Origin: an uncultured delta proteobacterium | GTDB lineage: Bacteria > Myxococcota_A > Polyangia > Haliangiales > Haliangiaceae | Reading direction: 5' to 3' | Assembly: GCA_963848295.1 (NCBI GenBank) | Contig: CAWKDB010000004.1 | Span: forward strand, 270,296 to 334,295 | DNA: 64,000 nucleotides | Part shown: positions 48,123 to 57,712 of the stretch, piece after piece | How positions within the stretch are numbered: the first letter of the stretch is position 1 | Layout: each line of letters opens with the position of its first letter | Notes under the pieces: generated by a model | What the model was told of the DNA's origin: nothing | The model's database searches: none | What the model saw: only the letters and a program-made list of their open reading frames with translations | Program-made: the position numbers and the translations under genes

Positions 48123-48175
48123 CTTACGAAAACAAAGAAGGCCTCGCATCTCTACGAGACCCTTCGTTTCCTGGT
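48123..48175 (-). repeat. Second copy of the tRNA-Ala att trailer, cut by IS21 after ACCA
   Basis: CTTACGAAAACAAAGAAGGCCTCGCATCT..CGAGACCCTTCGTTTCCTGGT is near-identical to 23419-23473. Confidence 0.85.
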
Positions 48176-48278
48176 TGATCGACGACAACTACTTCTGCCG
48201 GGCGGCGACAACTAATTTTGCCGGTCTCCGGGCCCGTCCTGAAGGCTCGTCAGACCCCCGGTTCCCACTCGGGTTCCG

Positions 48279-49757
48279 ATGGTCACCGACGAGCAGGTCA
48301 GGCTCTTGAGGCAGAAGCAGATGGAAGGCAAGAAGCAGGAAACAGCAGCAGCGGCCGCGTCGATGAGCGTGCGGTCCGCGAGGAAGTGGCAGCGCGGATC
48401 GCTGCCGACGGAGGCCAAGAAGCCAAGGACGTGGCGGACGCGGGAGGACCCGTTCGCCGAGATCTGGGATCGCGATGTGGTGCCGTTGCTCGGCACCGAC
48501 GAGAAGAGCGTGCTCCAGGCGACCACGTTGCTCGGCTGGGTACAGGACAAGCACCCGGGCAAGTACGACGACGGCCTGCTCCGCACGTTGCAGCGCCGGT
48601 TGCGTGACTGGCGGGCGTTGCACGGTCCGCCGAAGGAGGTGTTCTTCGAGCAGCAGCACGTGCCTGGTCGCGAGGGCGCGTTCGACTTCACCGACTGCGG
48701 CGAGCTCGGCGTGACCATCGGCGGCGAGGCGTTCGAGCACTTGCTGTTCGAGCTCGTGCTCACGTACTCGAGCTGGACGTGGGTCGACCTCGCGTTCGGC
48801 GAGACGTTCGAGGCGATGTCGGCCGGGATCCAGGGCGCGGTGTGGGACGCGGGCGGTGTTCCGCACGTGCTCCGCTCCGACAATCTGTCGGCTGCGACGC
48901 ACGATCTCAAGCACAGCGCCGGGCGCACGCTCACGCAGCGGTACAGGTCGCTGCTAGAGCACTACGGCGCGACGTCGACGAGGATCGAGCCAGGCGAGTC
49001 GCACCAAAACGGCGCCGTCGAGCAACGGCACTCGCGCACCAAGCGAGCGATCGCCGAGTCCCTCGTGATCCGTGGGAGCAAGGACTTCGTCGACGTCGCT
49101 GCGTATCGCGCGTTCGTCCTCGACATCGTGGCCAAGCGCAATCGCCGTATCGAGGCGAAGCTCGTCGAGGATCGCGCGGCGCTCCGACCGCTGCCGTCGT
49201 CACGGGTGCCGACGTACACGGTATTCAAGCCGCGCGTTCGTAAGTGGAGCACCGTTCGCGTCGGTCGGCAGACGTACTCGGTGCCGTCGCGGCTGATGGG
49301 ACACATCGTCGAGGCGCGTCGCCACCCCGACACGATCGAGATCCTCTACGGCAAGAACACCGTCGAGGTGATGCCGCGCGTTCGTGGCGATGGTGCCGCG
49401 CGGATCGACTACCGGCACGTGATCTGGTCGCTCGTGACCAAGCCTGGCGCGTTCGCGCGCTACCGCTACCGCGAGGAGCTGTTCCCGACGCTGACGTTCC
49501 GGCGCACGTACGACGCGCTCAAGGCGCGCACTGTGCGCGCCGACGTCGAGTACCTGCGCATCCTGCACCTGGCTGCGAGCACGATGGAGAAGCCGGTCGA
49601 GGACGTGCTCGTCGCGATGCTCGACGCCGGCGAGGCGATCAGCTTCGACGCCGTGCGCGAGCGCGTGGCGCCGATGCGTCCCACCGTGCCCGTGATCGAC
49701 ATCCCGCCGCCGGATCTCACCGCGTACGATCACCTGCTCGTCGGAGGTGCAGCATGA
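48279..49757 (+). CDS. istA: IS21 transposase
   Basis: WRTREDPF, FDFT, RSDNLSAA and NGAVEQRH. Confidence 0.95.
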   Translation: MVTDEQVRLLRQKQMEGKKQETAAAAASMSVRSARKWQRGSLPTEAKKPRTWRTREDPFAEIWDRDVVPLLGTDEKSVLQATTLLGWVQDKHPGKYDDGLLRTLQRRLRDWRALHGPPKEVFFEQQHVPGREGAFDFTDCGELGVTIGGEAFEHLLFELVLTYSSWTWVDLAFGETFEAMSAGIQGAVWDAGGVPHVLRSDNLSAATHDLKHSAGRTLTQRYRSLLEHYGATSTRIEPGESHQNGAVEQRHSRTKRAIAESLVIRGSKDFVDVAAYRAFVLDIVAKRNRRIEAKLVEDRAALRPLPSSRVPTYTVFKPRVRKWSTVRVGRQTYSVPSRLMGHIVEARRHPDTIEILYGKNTVEVMPRVRGDGAARIDYRHVIWSLVTKPGAFARYRYREELFPTLTFRRTYDALKARTVRADVEYLRILHLAASTMEKPVEDVLVAMLDAGEAISFDAVRERVAPMRPTVPVIDIPPPDLTAYDHLLVGGAA

Positions 49758-50569
49758 CCGCCGTTGCATCGGAGCGCCTCAGCGCGCTGTGCACCGAGTT
49801 CCGGTTGCCAACACTCGCGAGCGAGCTCGTGTCGCGTCTCGTCGCCGCTGGGCACGAGGCACTGATCCCGCTCGTCGCCGAGATCTTCGAGCTCGAGGCT
49901 GGCGATCGCCGCGAGCGCCGCGTCGAACGGCTGCTGCGCCTGTCAAAGCTGCCACCGGGCAAGACGCTCGACACGCTCGACGAGGCGCGCCTGCCGCGTC
50001 CCCTGCTCCAGCAGGTCCGCGAGCTCGCGCGCGGCGAGTTTCTCGACCGCGCAGTCAACGTGCTCGCGTTCGGCCGCCCCGGTGTCGGCAAGAGTCACGT
50101 CGCCGCCGCGATCGGCCACGCGCTCGTCTCCTCGGGACGCAGCGTGCTGTTCGCGCCGACGTACCAGCTCGTCCAGGAATTGCTCGCGGCCAAGCGCGAT
50201 CTCGCGCTGCCGCGTGCGCTCGCGAAGCTCGACGTGTTCGACCTGGTCGTCCTCGACGACATAGGCTACGTCCAGCAAGCGCCCGACGAGATCGAGGTGC
50301 TGTTCACGCTGCTGGCCGAGCGGTACGAGCGGCGTAGCGTTCTGATCACGTCGAATCTTGTGTTCAGTGAGTGGGACCAGATCTTCAAGAACCCGATGAC
50401 GACCGCAGCGGCGATCGATCGGCTCGTTCACCACTCGACGATCCTCGAGTTCGCCGTGCCGAGCTACCGCTCGGAGCGTGCCGGCAAGCCGACCGAGCCG
50501 CCGTCGACGTCGAAGGCGAAGACCAAGGCCGCGAGCGCTGCAGCGAAAGCGCGGAGGAAGACCAAGTGA
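49754..50569 (+). CDS. istB: IS21 helper ATPase
   Basis: GRPGVGKSH, LDDIGY, ERYERRSVLITSNL and AAIDRLVHH. Confidence 0.95.
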   Translation: MTAVASERLSALCTEFRLPTLASELVSRLVAAGHEALIPLVAEIFELEAGDRRERRVERLLRLSKLPPGKTLDTLDEARLPRPLLQQVRELARGEFLDRAVNVLAFGRPGVGKSHVAAAIGHALVSSGRSVLFAPTYQLVQELLAAKRDLALPRALAKLDVFDLVVLDDIGYVQQAPDEIEVLFTLLAERYERRSVLITSNLVFSEWDQIFKNPMTTAAAIDRLVHHSTILEFAVPSYRSERAGKPTEPPSTSKAKTKAASAAAKARRKTK

Positions 50570-50810
50570 TATTCGACGCGCGACTCACCCCAACGGTGGC
50601 GTCAACTACAACGCCGGCGCGGTCGCCGTCGGCGTCATTCACCCTGGGCTCGGGGACCGGCAAGAGTAGTTGTCGTATGCCGGCAGATCTAGTTGTCGTT
50701 GATCACGAACCACGGTCGACGTCGGCGCCAGGCTAGGGGGCGTGGCGTGACAGCCCGCCGATGCGAGCACGCAGGCAGCCAGCCGCTCGAGCTTCATTGG
50801 CAGATCCAAC

Positions 50811-52205
50811 CTAATTTAGATCCACGTGGAAGGCGTGGACGAGCGGCACGTCGTAGTACAGCCCGTCCGTGTCTCCACCAGCCTGCGAGAGATAGAGGGT
50901 ATCCGAGGCGGCGTCCCAGGCTGCGCCAAGGATGGCACGGACATCGTTCTCGAATGGCAGGTCAAAGTACCAGACGGCATAGGGAATCACCTCCCACGGG
51001 TTCTTCGCCCCGCTGGTTGCGGCGAGCAGTTCGAGGGCATCGTATGCCCACACCTGGTAGACGTACGGGTACGCGTGCGTTCCCTTGTCGTTGTTCGTCG
51101 GGTCGTAGCAGTAGATGTCGCCCTCACCGGTGGGCATGCCGTCGAGCGTAGGGTCGGCCGTGCCCTGGCCGTAACAGGGCACGCCGGTACCGACGCTGCC
51201 GAAGAAGAGGAGGCTTCTCGTGCCCTCGGGGAACACGACCCCGCCGATTCCGCACGATTGATTGACGTTTGAAGTCGGCGTGCCCAGAGCCTGGGCGTCA
51301 TATTGGCCGATCGTCCAGTGGCCGTTCGGGTAGCCCGCCAACGGCGTTGCCGGCACGGGTTCTTCGACGCCGACTTGCGTCGGGTCGAACGCGAACGCGG
51401 ATGGGCCCAGCGAGGTTCGACTGATGATCGGGACGCACCCGTTCCCAGCCAGCGCGCTGCCACCCAATGCCGCTTGCCACTCGGCGGGAATCGTTCCCAT
51501 GTAGCCGGCTACGAAGCCCGCCGACTGGGCGGTCGGCGATCCCAGGAACGCCGCGTCGGCGTCGGCGGGCGGCGCGACCACTTGCATCCCGCTGAACCCC
51601 ACTGCCTCGGCGCTACCGTCTCCCCAATCCGCGTTCGCCGTGAAGTGCGTGTAGTAGGCCTGGTACCCAGCGTCATAGTAGCTGGCATCCGAGAACAGCA
51701 GCTTGTCGCCGACGATCAACATGCCGCCGATGCTCGAGCCGTTACCGATGTCCACCGTGGGATCCATGGTGATCTCCTCCATGTGGCCCTCGGAGGGGTC
51801 GACCGGTTGCTGCAGGTACGTGGCCTGGTTCAGGTCATCAAGATTCGTGCTGTCGACGACAGCTGGGATGTCGATCTCCGCGACATGCAGGCCATCGTGA
51901 TCCGGGACCATGAACAGCGAATGATTCGCTGGGTTGTAGGAGATGGCTCCTCTTCCGAACGCGAAGCCCTCCGGGACGCGGAAGGCGCCGGCGTACACGA
52001 GGTTCGCCTTGTAGAGGAGGGGCGCGGCCGCCGGCGGGGCGGCGTCGGCGGCGTCGGCGCGGCCATCGGTCGGGCCGACGTTCGCCGGGTCGCCGCCATG
52101 ACAGGCCACGAGGAGCATCGCGAGGGTGGCCGGCAAGGGGAGCGCACCGCGGCGCAGGCGATGCCGGGCAACGTCGGGGTCGTGCCGATCGGTTGCGGTG
52201 AGCAT
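50811..52205 (-). CDS. Secreted lipoprotein, hypothetical (beta-rich)
   Basis: Lipobox LVAC, DAADAAP linker and LVYAGAFRVP. TACGGT lies 5 nt before the ATG. Confidence 0.75.
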   Translation of the reverse strand: MLTATDRHDPDVARHRLRRGALPLPATLAMLLVACHGGDPANVGPTDGRADAADAAPPAAAPLLYKANLVYAGAFRVPEGFAFGRGAISYNPANHSLFMVPDHDGLHVAEIDIPAVVDSTNLDDLNQATYLQQPVDPSEGHMEEITMDPTVDIGNGSSIGGMLIVGDKLLFSDASYYDAGYQAYYTHFTANADWGDGSAEAVGFSGMQVVAPPADADAAFLGSPTAQSAGFVAGYMGTIPAEWQAALGGSALAGNGCVPIISRTSLGPSAFAFDPTQVGVEEPVPATPLAGYPNGHWTIGQYDAQALGTPTSNVNQSCGIGGVVFPEGTRSLLFFGSVGTGVPCYGQGTADPTLDGMPTGEGDIYCYDPTNNDKGTHAYPYVYQVWAYDALELLAATSGAKNPWEVIPYAVWYFDLPFENDVRAILGAAWDAASDTLYLSQAGGDTDGLYYDVPLVHAFHVDLN

Positions 52206-52235
52206 GAAAGACCGTACAACGACCGCGCCCCACGT

Positions 52236-52514
52236 ACCAGTACAATAGTACGGTTTTTATTCCGGGAACGATCGCCGCGCGTGAACGAACACGATGCGCG
52301 TTTGATTCGTGATCGTGGACTTGCGACGGCAACGGGCTTCCAACGTCTTCGTTACGTGGCGCGCCGTCGCCGACGCGATGCGATCACGCAAAGCGCCACG
52401 AGGAGTCCGCCACCCCACGCGCCTGACGATCCGGGGGCGTGATTTCAGATATCTACGCGCGTCAAGTCGCCCGCGTGGACACATGCGTTCTGAAAACGGT
52501 ACGAGTGTACTGGT
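52236..52514. repeat. 279-bp non-coding segment bounded by 22-bp imperfect inverted repeats (MITE-like or paired operators)
   Basis: ACCAGTACAATAGTACGGTTTT (52236-52257) vs the reverse complement of 52493-52514, ACCAGTACACTCGTACCGTTTT: 19/22 identical. Confidence 0.6.
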
Positions 52515-52641
52515 GGCAGGAGAGCGCGTTGCAGGTTGGCGGTGGCGCGGCTCGAGCGCGCCGGCCGGGTGCGCCGCGCGAGCCTCGCGCTGATGGTCGC
52601 GTGCGCGCTGACCCGCGAGCGCATCTGAGCCGAGCGGCGGC

Positions 52642-53292
52642 TCACGCCGCCGGCAGCCCGAGCGTGCGCCGCGCGAACACGAGCGCATCCGCGGGATACC
52701 TCGCACCGAGCGTGCGTATCGCCGCGCGGCCCACGATCCGCGCCATCGTCGGGCGCGCCACGATCACGTAGCTGAGCCCGCCGACGAGGTGTAACACCGC
52801 CGCTTCCGGCCCCGTCACGTCGACGACACCCGCCCGGGTCCCCGCCGCGACGATCGCGGTCGCCCGCGCGACGAACGGTGCAAGCGGCAGCTGCTTGGCG
52901 CGCGCGACCCGCGTCGGATTGTCGAGCAGCTCGCGCAGCAAGAGCCGCACCCCGTGCGGGTACCGCGACGCCCAGCGCACCATCGCCCGCGCGAGCGCGT
53001 CGACCGCCCCGACGGACCGCTCCGTCGGATCGCCCTTGACCGGCGCCACAGCGCCCGCACGATCGAGCTCGCCCATCAGCTGATCCGCGATCTGGCCGAG
53101 CACCGCCGCGTAGAGCTGCTCCTTGCGCGCGAAGTGGTAGATCGTGCTCGCCAGCGGGAGCTCCGCCGCCGCGGCGACGTCCCGCATGCTCGTCCCGTGG
53201 ATGCCGCGACTCGCGAGCAGCAGCTCGGCCGCCGCGACGATCCGATCCCGCGCTCGCCGCCCCTTCGGCGTGTGACTGCGCCCCGCCTTCAT
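52642..53292 (-). CDS. TetR/AcrR family transcriptional regulator
   Basis: RIVAAAELL...G..GTSMRDVAAAA.L...TIYHFARKEQLY. Confidence 0.9.
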   Translation of the reverse strand: MKAGRSHTPKGRRARDRIVAAAELLLASRGIHGTSMRDVAAAAELPLASTIYHFARKEQLYAAVLGQIADQLMGELDRAGAVAPVKGDPTERSVGAVDALARAMVRWASRYPHGVRLLLRELLDNPTRVARAKQLPLAPFVARATAIVAAGTRAGVVDVTGPEAAVLHLVGGLSYVIVARPTMARIVGRAAIRTLGARYPADALVFARRTLGLPAA

Positions 53293-53601
53293 GGGCGCGC
53301 AGAGTGGATCTCGATTGCCACGTCGAACACCTCGCGGAACGATCCGTCGAACATCCGCCACAGCCTAGGTGAGCTGTCGCGGGTGTCAATGGCCAACGGC
53401 CCGGGCGCGCGTCGCCGACGCCCCGCCCACGGAGCCGGCCGCCGAGGCAGCGTGATCCGTCGCGCTGCCCGAACCGCGAGGGCAAGAGTCAGGCGCGGTC
53501 GCGGAGAACGTGCTCGTCATCGTCGCGGCGGCCGGCGCCGCGGCCGAGCTCCACGACGAGAACCAGCGCGCTCGCGCCATCGATCGACAGCCTCGCGCCC
53601 C

Positions 53602-54179
53602 TCAATTAGCCTTGGCGGAGCCCTTGACCAGCCCGTAAACCTGCTTCGCGAGCGCCTCGCTGTAGATCGAGCCCGGCACGTCGAACGCCTCGAGCGGGCA
53701 CCGATCCAGGATCGAGTAGACCGCGCCGTCCTTCTTGGCGAGGTAGTACGCGAAGTGCACCTCGGGCTGATACGTGTGCCCGTTCGTCTCGGTCTTCATC
53801 TGCATCGTGTAGAGGAAGCCATCCGGCTCCTCGCTCAGAACCTTGCCGTTGATGTACGAGTCCGCGTTATCGATCGTCAGCGCCTTGTCTGCCTGCTTGG
53901 CCTCGTCGATCTTCGACACGCCGACCACCGAGACCGTCAGCTTGTACGCCTTGGCGATCTTCACGTCGACACCACCGTTGCCGTTCTTCTCGAGCTTCGC
54001 GTCCTTCGGCACCTTCATCGACAGGTGGATGAGCGGCGAGACTTCGTGGAGGTCCTTCACGACCCAGCGCATGCTCGGAGCGTTTCTGCTCTGTGAGGTC
54101 GAGGACGATATTCAGGCAGTTCGGCGCGTCGAGCATCATGACGCCAATGAGAACGGGAACGCGGCTCCCGTCTGCGCAT
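53602..54179 (-). CDS. Hypothetical Lys-rich protein (5' part frameshifted)
   Basis: Clean ORF 53602-54072 with strong GC3 bias. AGGAG SD before ATG 54179 in another frame. Confidence 0.55.
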
Positions 54180-54283
54180 AACTCCTACGTTTGCCCTTTC
54201 GCATGTGAGCGTCCGGTCAACTGCACCCGAGTCTGGCAGCGCGTGGCGCCGCGCGCTGCTTGACGAGGCTCGACTCTCGCCGG

Positions 54284-54637
54284 ATGGCCACACCGCGACT
54301 CCCTGATCTCAACGACGTATGGACGCCAGAGACAGCACGGCAGATTCTCGACTTCTGCGACGCGAGCGGCGAGCCGCTCGCGGCCTGCGCGCGCCGGCTC
54401 GGCGTCACGCCGGCACGGCTCTACTGGTGGAAGACGCGACTCGCGAAAGCGACCGCGGCGCCGACGCTGGCGTCGCTGTCGCTGGTGCGCGCGACGATCG
54501 TGTCCGCCGAGGCGAACACGGCGATCACGATCCGGTTGCCGAATGGAATCGCCGTCGAACTCTCCGCCGAAAACGGCTCGCCGAGTCTCGTCGCCGCGAT
54601 CGTGGCCGAGCTGAGCAAGGCGCTGCCGTGCTCCTAA
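54284..54637 (+). CDS. tnpA: IS66 TnpA (HTH)
   Basis: SGEPLAACARRLGV...LYWWK and IRLPNG. Confidence 0.88.
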   Translation: MATPRLPDLNDVWTPETARQILDFCDASGEPLAACARRLGVTPARLYWWKTRLAKATAAPTLASLSLVRATIVSAEANTAITIRLPNGIAVELSAENGSPSLVAAIVAELSKALPCS

Positions 54638-55005
54638 TCCCGCGCTCGGTACGCGTGTACTTCGCGACCGAGCCGACGAACTTGCGGCTGTCGTTCGACG
54701 GTCTGTCGAACGCGATCCGCCACGCGCTCGGGTACGACCCGCTCGCCGGGCATGTGTTCGTGTTCGTGAACCGGCGCAAGAACCAGGTGAAGCTGATCGT
54801 GTGGACGCGCGGCGGCTTCACGATCGTGCATAAAAGGCTCGAGCGCGGCACGTTCACGTTTCCGGCGCGCGTGACTGCGGACGCGAAAAGCGTCGCGATC
54901 GACGTGCACGAGCTCGCGATGCTGCTCGAAGGCATCGACGTATCGCGCGCGAAGACGAAGCCGCGATGGGAGCCGCCGCCACGCACACGACCGACGACGA
55001 CCTAA
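54628..55005 (+). CDS. tnpB: IS66 accessory protein TnpB
   Basis: NLRLSFDGL, DPLAGHVFVFVNRRK and KRLERGTF. Confidence 0.92.
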   Translation: MLLIPRSVRVYFATEPTNLRLSFDGLSNAIRHALGYDPLAGHVFVFVNRRKNQVKLIVWTRGGFTIVHKRLERGTFTFPARVTADAKSVAIDVHELAMLLEGIDVSRAKTKPRWEPPPRTRPTTT

Positions 55006-55078
55006 CGATCGCTAACAACGATCACGTGCGATCCGTTTGCGCTTGCGCCGGATCGCGCGATGATCAAGATGGTGAAGC

Positions 55079-56782
55079 GTGGACTCCGAAGCGAAGAGCG
55101 CGGCGCCGGATCTCTCGACGGATCTGCTGCCCACCGGCATCGAGCTCCGCGGCTCGGTGCTCGATGTCCTCAAGGCGCTGCTCCCCGAATTCGATGACCG
55201 CGACGCGGTGCTCGGAATTGTCGGCAGGCTGGTCGCCGACAACGCGACGATGGCGCAACGGCTCGCGCGCATCGCGGCTCGCTTCAAGACGAGCGAGAAG
55301 ATCTCGAAGGCGCAGCTCGTCCTCTTCGCCGACGCGCTTCGGCGCGGCGAAGGTGAGCCCGAGCTCGAAGCCGACGCTACGCCGGAGCCCGATGAGGTCG
55401 ACACCGCCGACGAGCGCTTGCGTGCAGCGGCTGGGCTCGACGACAAAGAGGCCGCCGATCTCGCGAAGCTCCGCACGGGCAAGCCCCCGCCGCAACCGCA
55501 CTCACGTGCAGCGCCGCCCGCGCACCTCCCGCGCGTTGACCACCCCATCGCAGTGCCGGCGGAGCAGCGTGCGTGTCCGAAGTGCGGCGCAGAGCGCACG
55601 TGCATCGGGCACGACGTCAGCGAAGTGATCGACCTCATCCCGGCGCAGGTGATCGTGCGGCGCGACCTGCGCGAGAAGCTGGCGTGCACGCCGTGCGAAG
55701 GCGAGCTGGTGCGCGCGCCGGTCGGCGACAAGGTCGTGCCGAGCGGCAAGCTCGGGCTCGCGCTCGTCGCCGCGCTGCTCGTCGAGAAGTACGTCGACGG
55801 CCTGCCGCTGCATCGCCAGCGCGAGCGCTTGCAGCGTCTCGGCCTCGACCTCTCGGTCTCGACGCTCGCCGATCAAGTGAAGTGGTGCACCGATCTGCTG
55901 CGGCCGCTCTGGCGTGCGGCGCTCGCCGAAGTGATCGGCGCGCGCGTGATGCATCTCGACGGCACCGGGCTCCCGGTGCTCGATCCGAACGTGCCCGGTG
56001 GCAAGCGACTCGGCGCGCTGTGGGGCTACGTCGGCGTCAACGCGAGCGAGACCATCGCGGCGTATCTCTATGTGTCGACCGGCAAGGCGGTCGGCCAGCA
56101 CGCCAATGAGATGGGGCCGCAGGACGTCCTCGGGATGCGCACCGGCCTCACCGTCGCCGACGCGTCGAACATCTTCGACGCCAGCTTCGAGCGGCCCGAG
56201 CTCATCGAGTGCGGGTGCAACATGCACGGTCGCCGCTACTTCGTGAAAGCCCTCGACGCTGGCGACAAGCGCGCGGCGCTGCCGCTCGGTGCATACAAGA
56301 AGCTCTACGAGATCGAAGCAGAGATCAAAGACCTCACCGACGACGAGCGACTGGCCGAGCGGCGCAGGCAATCCAAACCCGTGTGGGACGAGCTCGTCGC
56401 CTGGTGCACGGTGCGCAAGAAGCACGAGCCGCCGGCATCGGGACTCGGCAAAGCAGTCCAGTACTTCATGAACCACCACGTCGCACTCGCACGCTTTCTC
56501 GAGTACGGCTACCTGCCGATGGACAACGGCATCGTCGAGAGGCTCCACGTCCGCGCGGCCCTGACGCGCAAGAACTTCCTCTTCGCCGGCGCCGACTCGG
56601 GCGGCGATCGCGCGGCGATCGCATACACGATCTTCGGCTCGTGCCGACTCGCCGGTGTGGATCCGATTGCGTACCTCGCCGATGTCCTGCCGCGGCTCAC
56701 GCGCCGCATCCGCCTGATCGACCTGCCTGCGCTACTGCCCGCGCGGTGGGCCGCCGCACGTGCCGCAGCGAACGCCGCGTAG
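55079..56782 (+). CDS. tnpC: IS66 transposase TnpC
   Basis: CPKCG zinc finger, KYVDGLPLHRQ, HLDGT, CNMHGRRYF and DNGIVER...RKNFLFAG. Confidence 0.95.
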   Translation: MDSEAKSAAPDLSTDLLPTGIELRGSVLDVLKALLPEFDDRDAVLGIVGRLVADNATMAQRLARIAARFKTSEKISKAQLVLFADALRRGEGEPELEADATPEPDEVDTADERLRAAAGLDDKEAADLAKLRTGKPPPQPHSRAAPPAHLPRVDHPIAVPAEQRACPKCGAERTCIGHDVSEVIDLIPAQVIVRRDLREKLACTPCEGELVRAPVGDKVVPSGKLGLALVAALLVEKYVDGLPLHRQRERLQRLGLDLSVSTLADQVKWCTDLLRPLWRAALAEVIGARVMHLDGTGLPVLDPNVPGGKRLGALWGYVGVNASETIAAYLYVSTGKAVGQHANEMGPQDVLGMRTGLTVADASNIFDASFERPELIECGCNMHGRRYFVKALDAGDKRAALPLGAYKKLYEIEAEIKDLTDDERLAERRRQSKPVWDELVAWCTVRKKHEPPASGLGKAVQYFMNHHVALARFLEYGYLPMDNGIVERLHVRAALTRKNFLFAGADSGGDRAAIAYTIFGSCRLAGVDPIAYLADVLPRLTRRIRLIDLPALLPARWAAARAAANAA

Positions 56783-56846
56783 CGCTGCCACGATCACCCG
56801 GGCGCGATCAAGTAGGCGATCCCGCTGCAGTCGACCGGACGCTCAC

Positions 56847-57708
56847 TTTCGCATTGAACTGGCTCGGCGAGACGGGGCGCCTCAAGGGGGATCTGAACCC
56901 TATCGGCCTCGCAGCCGGTGAAGCCGCGGCGGCAGTCCTGCTCGAGCCCAGCCAGCGCGCCGATCAACGAACGACCATCGCGCACATCATCGGGGTGGCG
57001 ACCGGAAAGGACGCTCCCATCGGGGAGGGCGACGTAGCTCCGCTTCGTGGACGCGTCCTCGCCGAAGTTCTGCAACCTCTGTTGACGAACGAGACGGCGG
57101 ACCTCTACTTGGATCTCAACGGGGAAGCCTGGCGTGCGCAGGAGTACGGCCACGCTTTGGTCGGGCTCGTTCCTAGCGGCCTGCAGAAGGTCAAGGGGCT
57201 GCCGTTCCGTACCGCATTCGCACCGTGGCCGAACAATGCCCATCACTTGATCCCGGACGCGCAGTTGATGAACGGTATCTTTGACTTGGCTGCAGATCTG
57301 CCCACCATTCAGGAAACGATCGTGCAGGGGCTGCTCAAGAGCCCCTACAACCTCCACCACTGGAAGAACATGATGATTCTTCCGTTAGACCCCAAACACG
57401 GCTGCGCGCTTGGCCTTCCAACCCATCCGCAGGGAGATACGCACCCGGCCTACAACATCGAGGTCCGTACGGGAGTCGACGAAGCGCTGTCACCGTACAA
57501 GGCGGTCATCAAGCAGGTCGCGGATAAGGAGAACGAACACGAGGTGGTCGACCCCGTCGACGTCAAGGAAGCGTTGGAGGCTCTCTCCGACGCCTTGCAC
57601 ACGAGCCTGATAGCCCTCAAGCCCGAGATCTTTGGGGCCTGCGCGAAGGATGAAGACATCAGCCTCGGCGCAATGACGCAATTCATCACAACCTCGCCTG
57701 GAGCATGA
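56847..57708 (+). pseudogene. Headless chimera: T6SS-associated thiolase/FabB-like adaptor fragment fused in frame to an AHH nuclease toxin domain
   Basis: GRLK...GEAAAAVLLE...DLNGEAWRAQEYG (PRK06147-like), then PWPNNAHHLIP...YNLHHWKNMMILP...LPTH...HPAYN. No start codon is evident. Confidence 0.72.
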
Positions 57709-57712
57709 GCCG

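Larger units (their letters stand above)
48176..50705 (+). mobile_element. IS21 family element
   Basis: TGATC...GATCA ends with internally repeated CGACAACTA..TGCCGG motifs. No TSD visible. Confidence 0.95.
54205..56846 (+). mobile_element. IS66 family element
   Basis: IRs GTGAGCGTCCGGTC(A/G)ACTGCA. 8-bp TSD TTTCGCAT at 54197-54204 and 56847-56854. Confidence 0.96.

Noticed and set aside
54628..55005. RNA-guided TnpB nuclease
   Set aside because: This is the small IS66 accessory TnpB, with no RuvC or zinc-finger motifs.
56209..57708. 499-aa toxin ORF starting inside IS66
   Set aside because: The first ~210 codons are an alternative frame of tnpC and the IS end.
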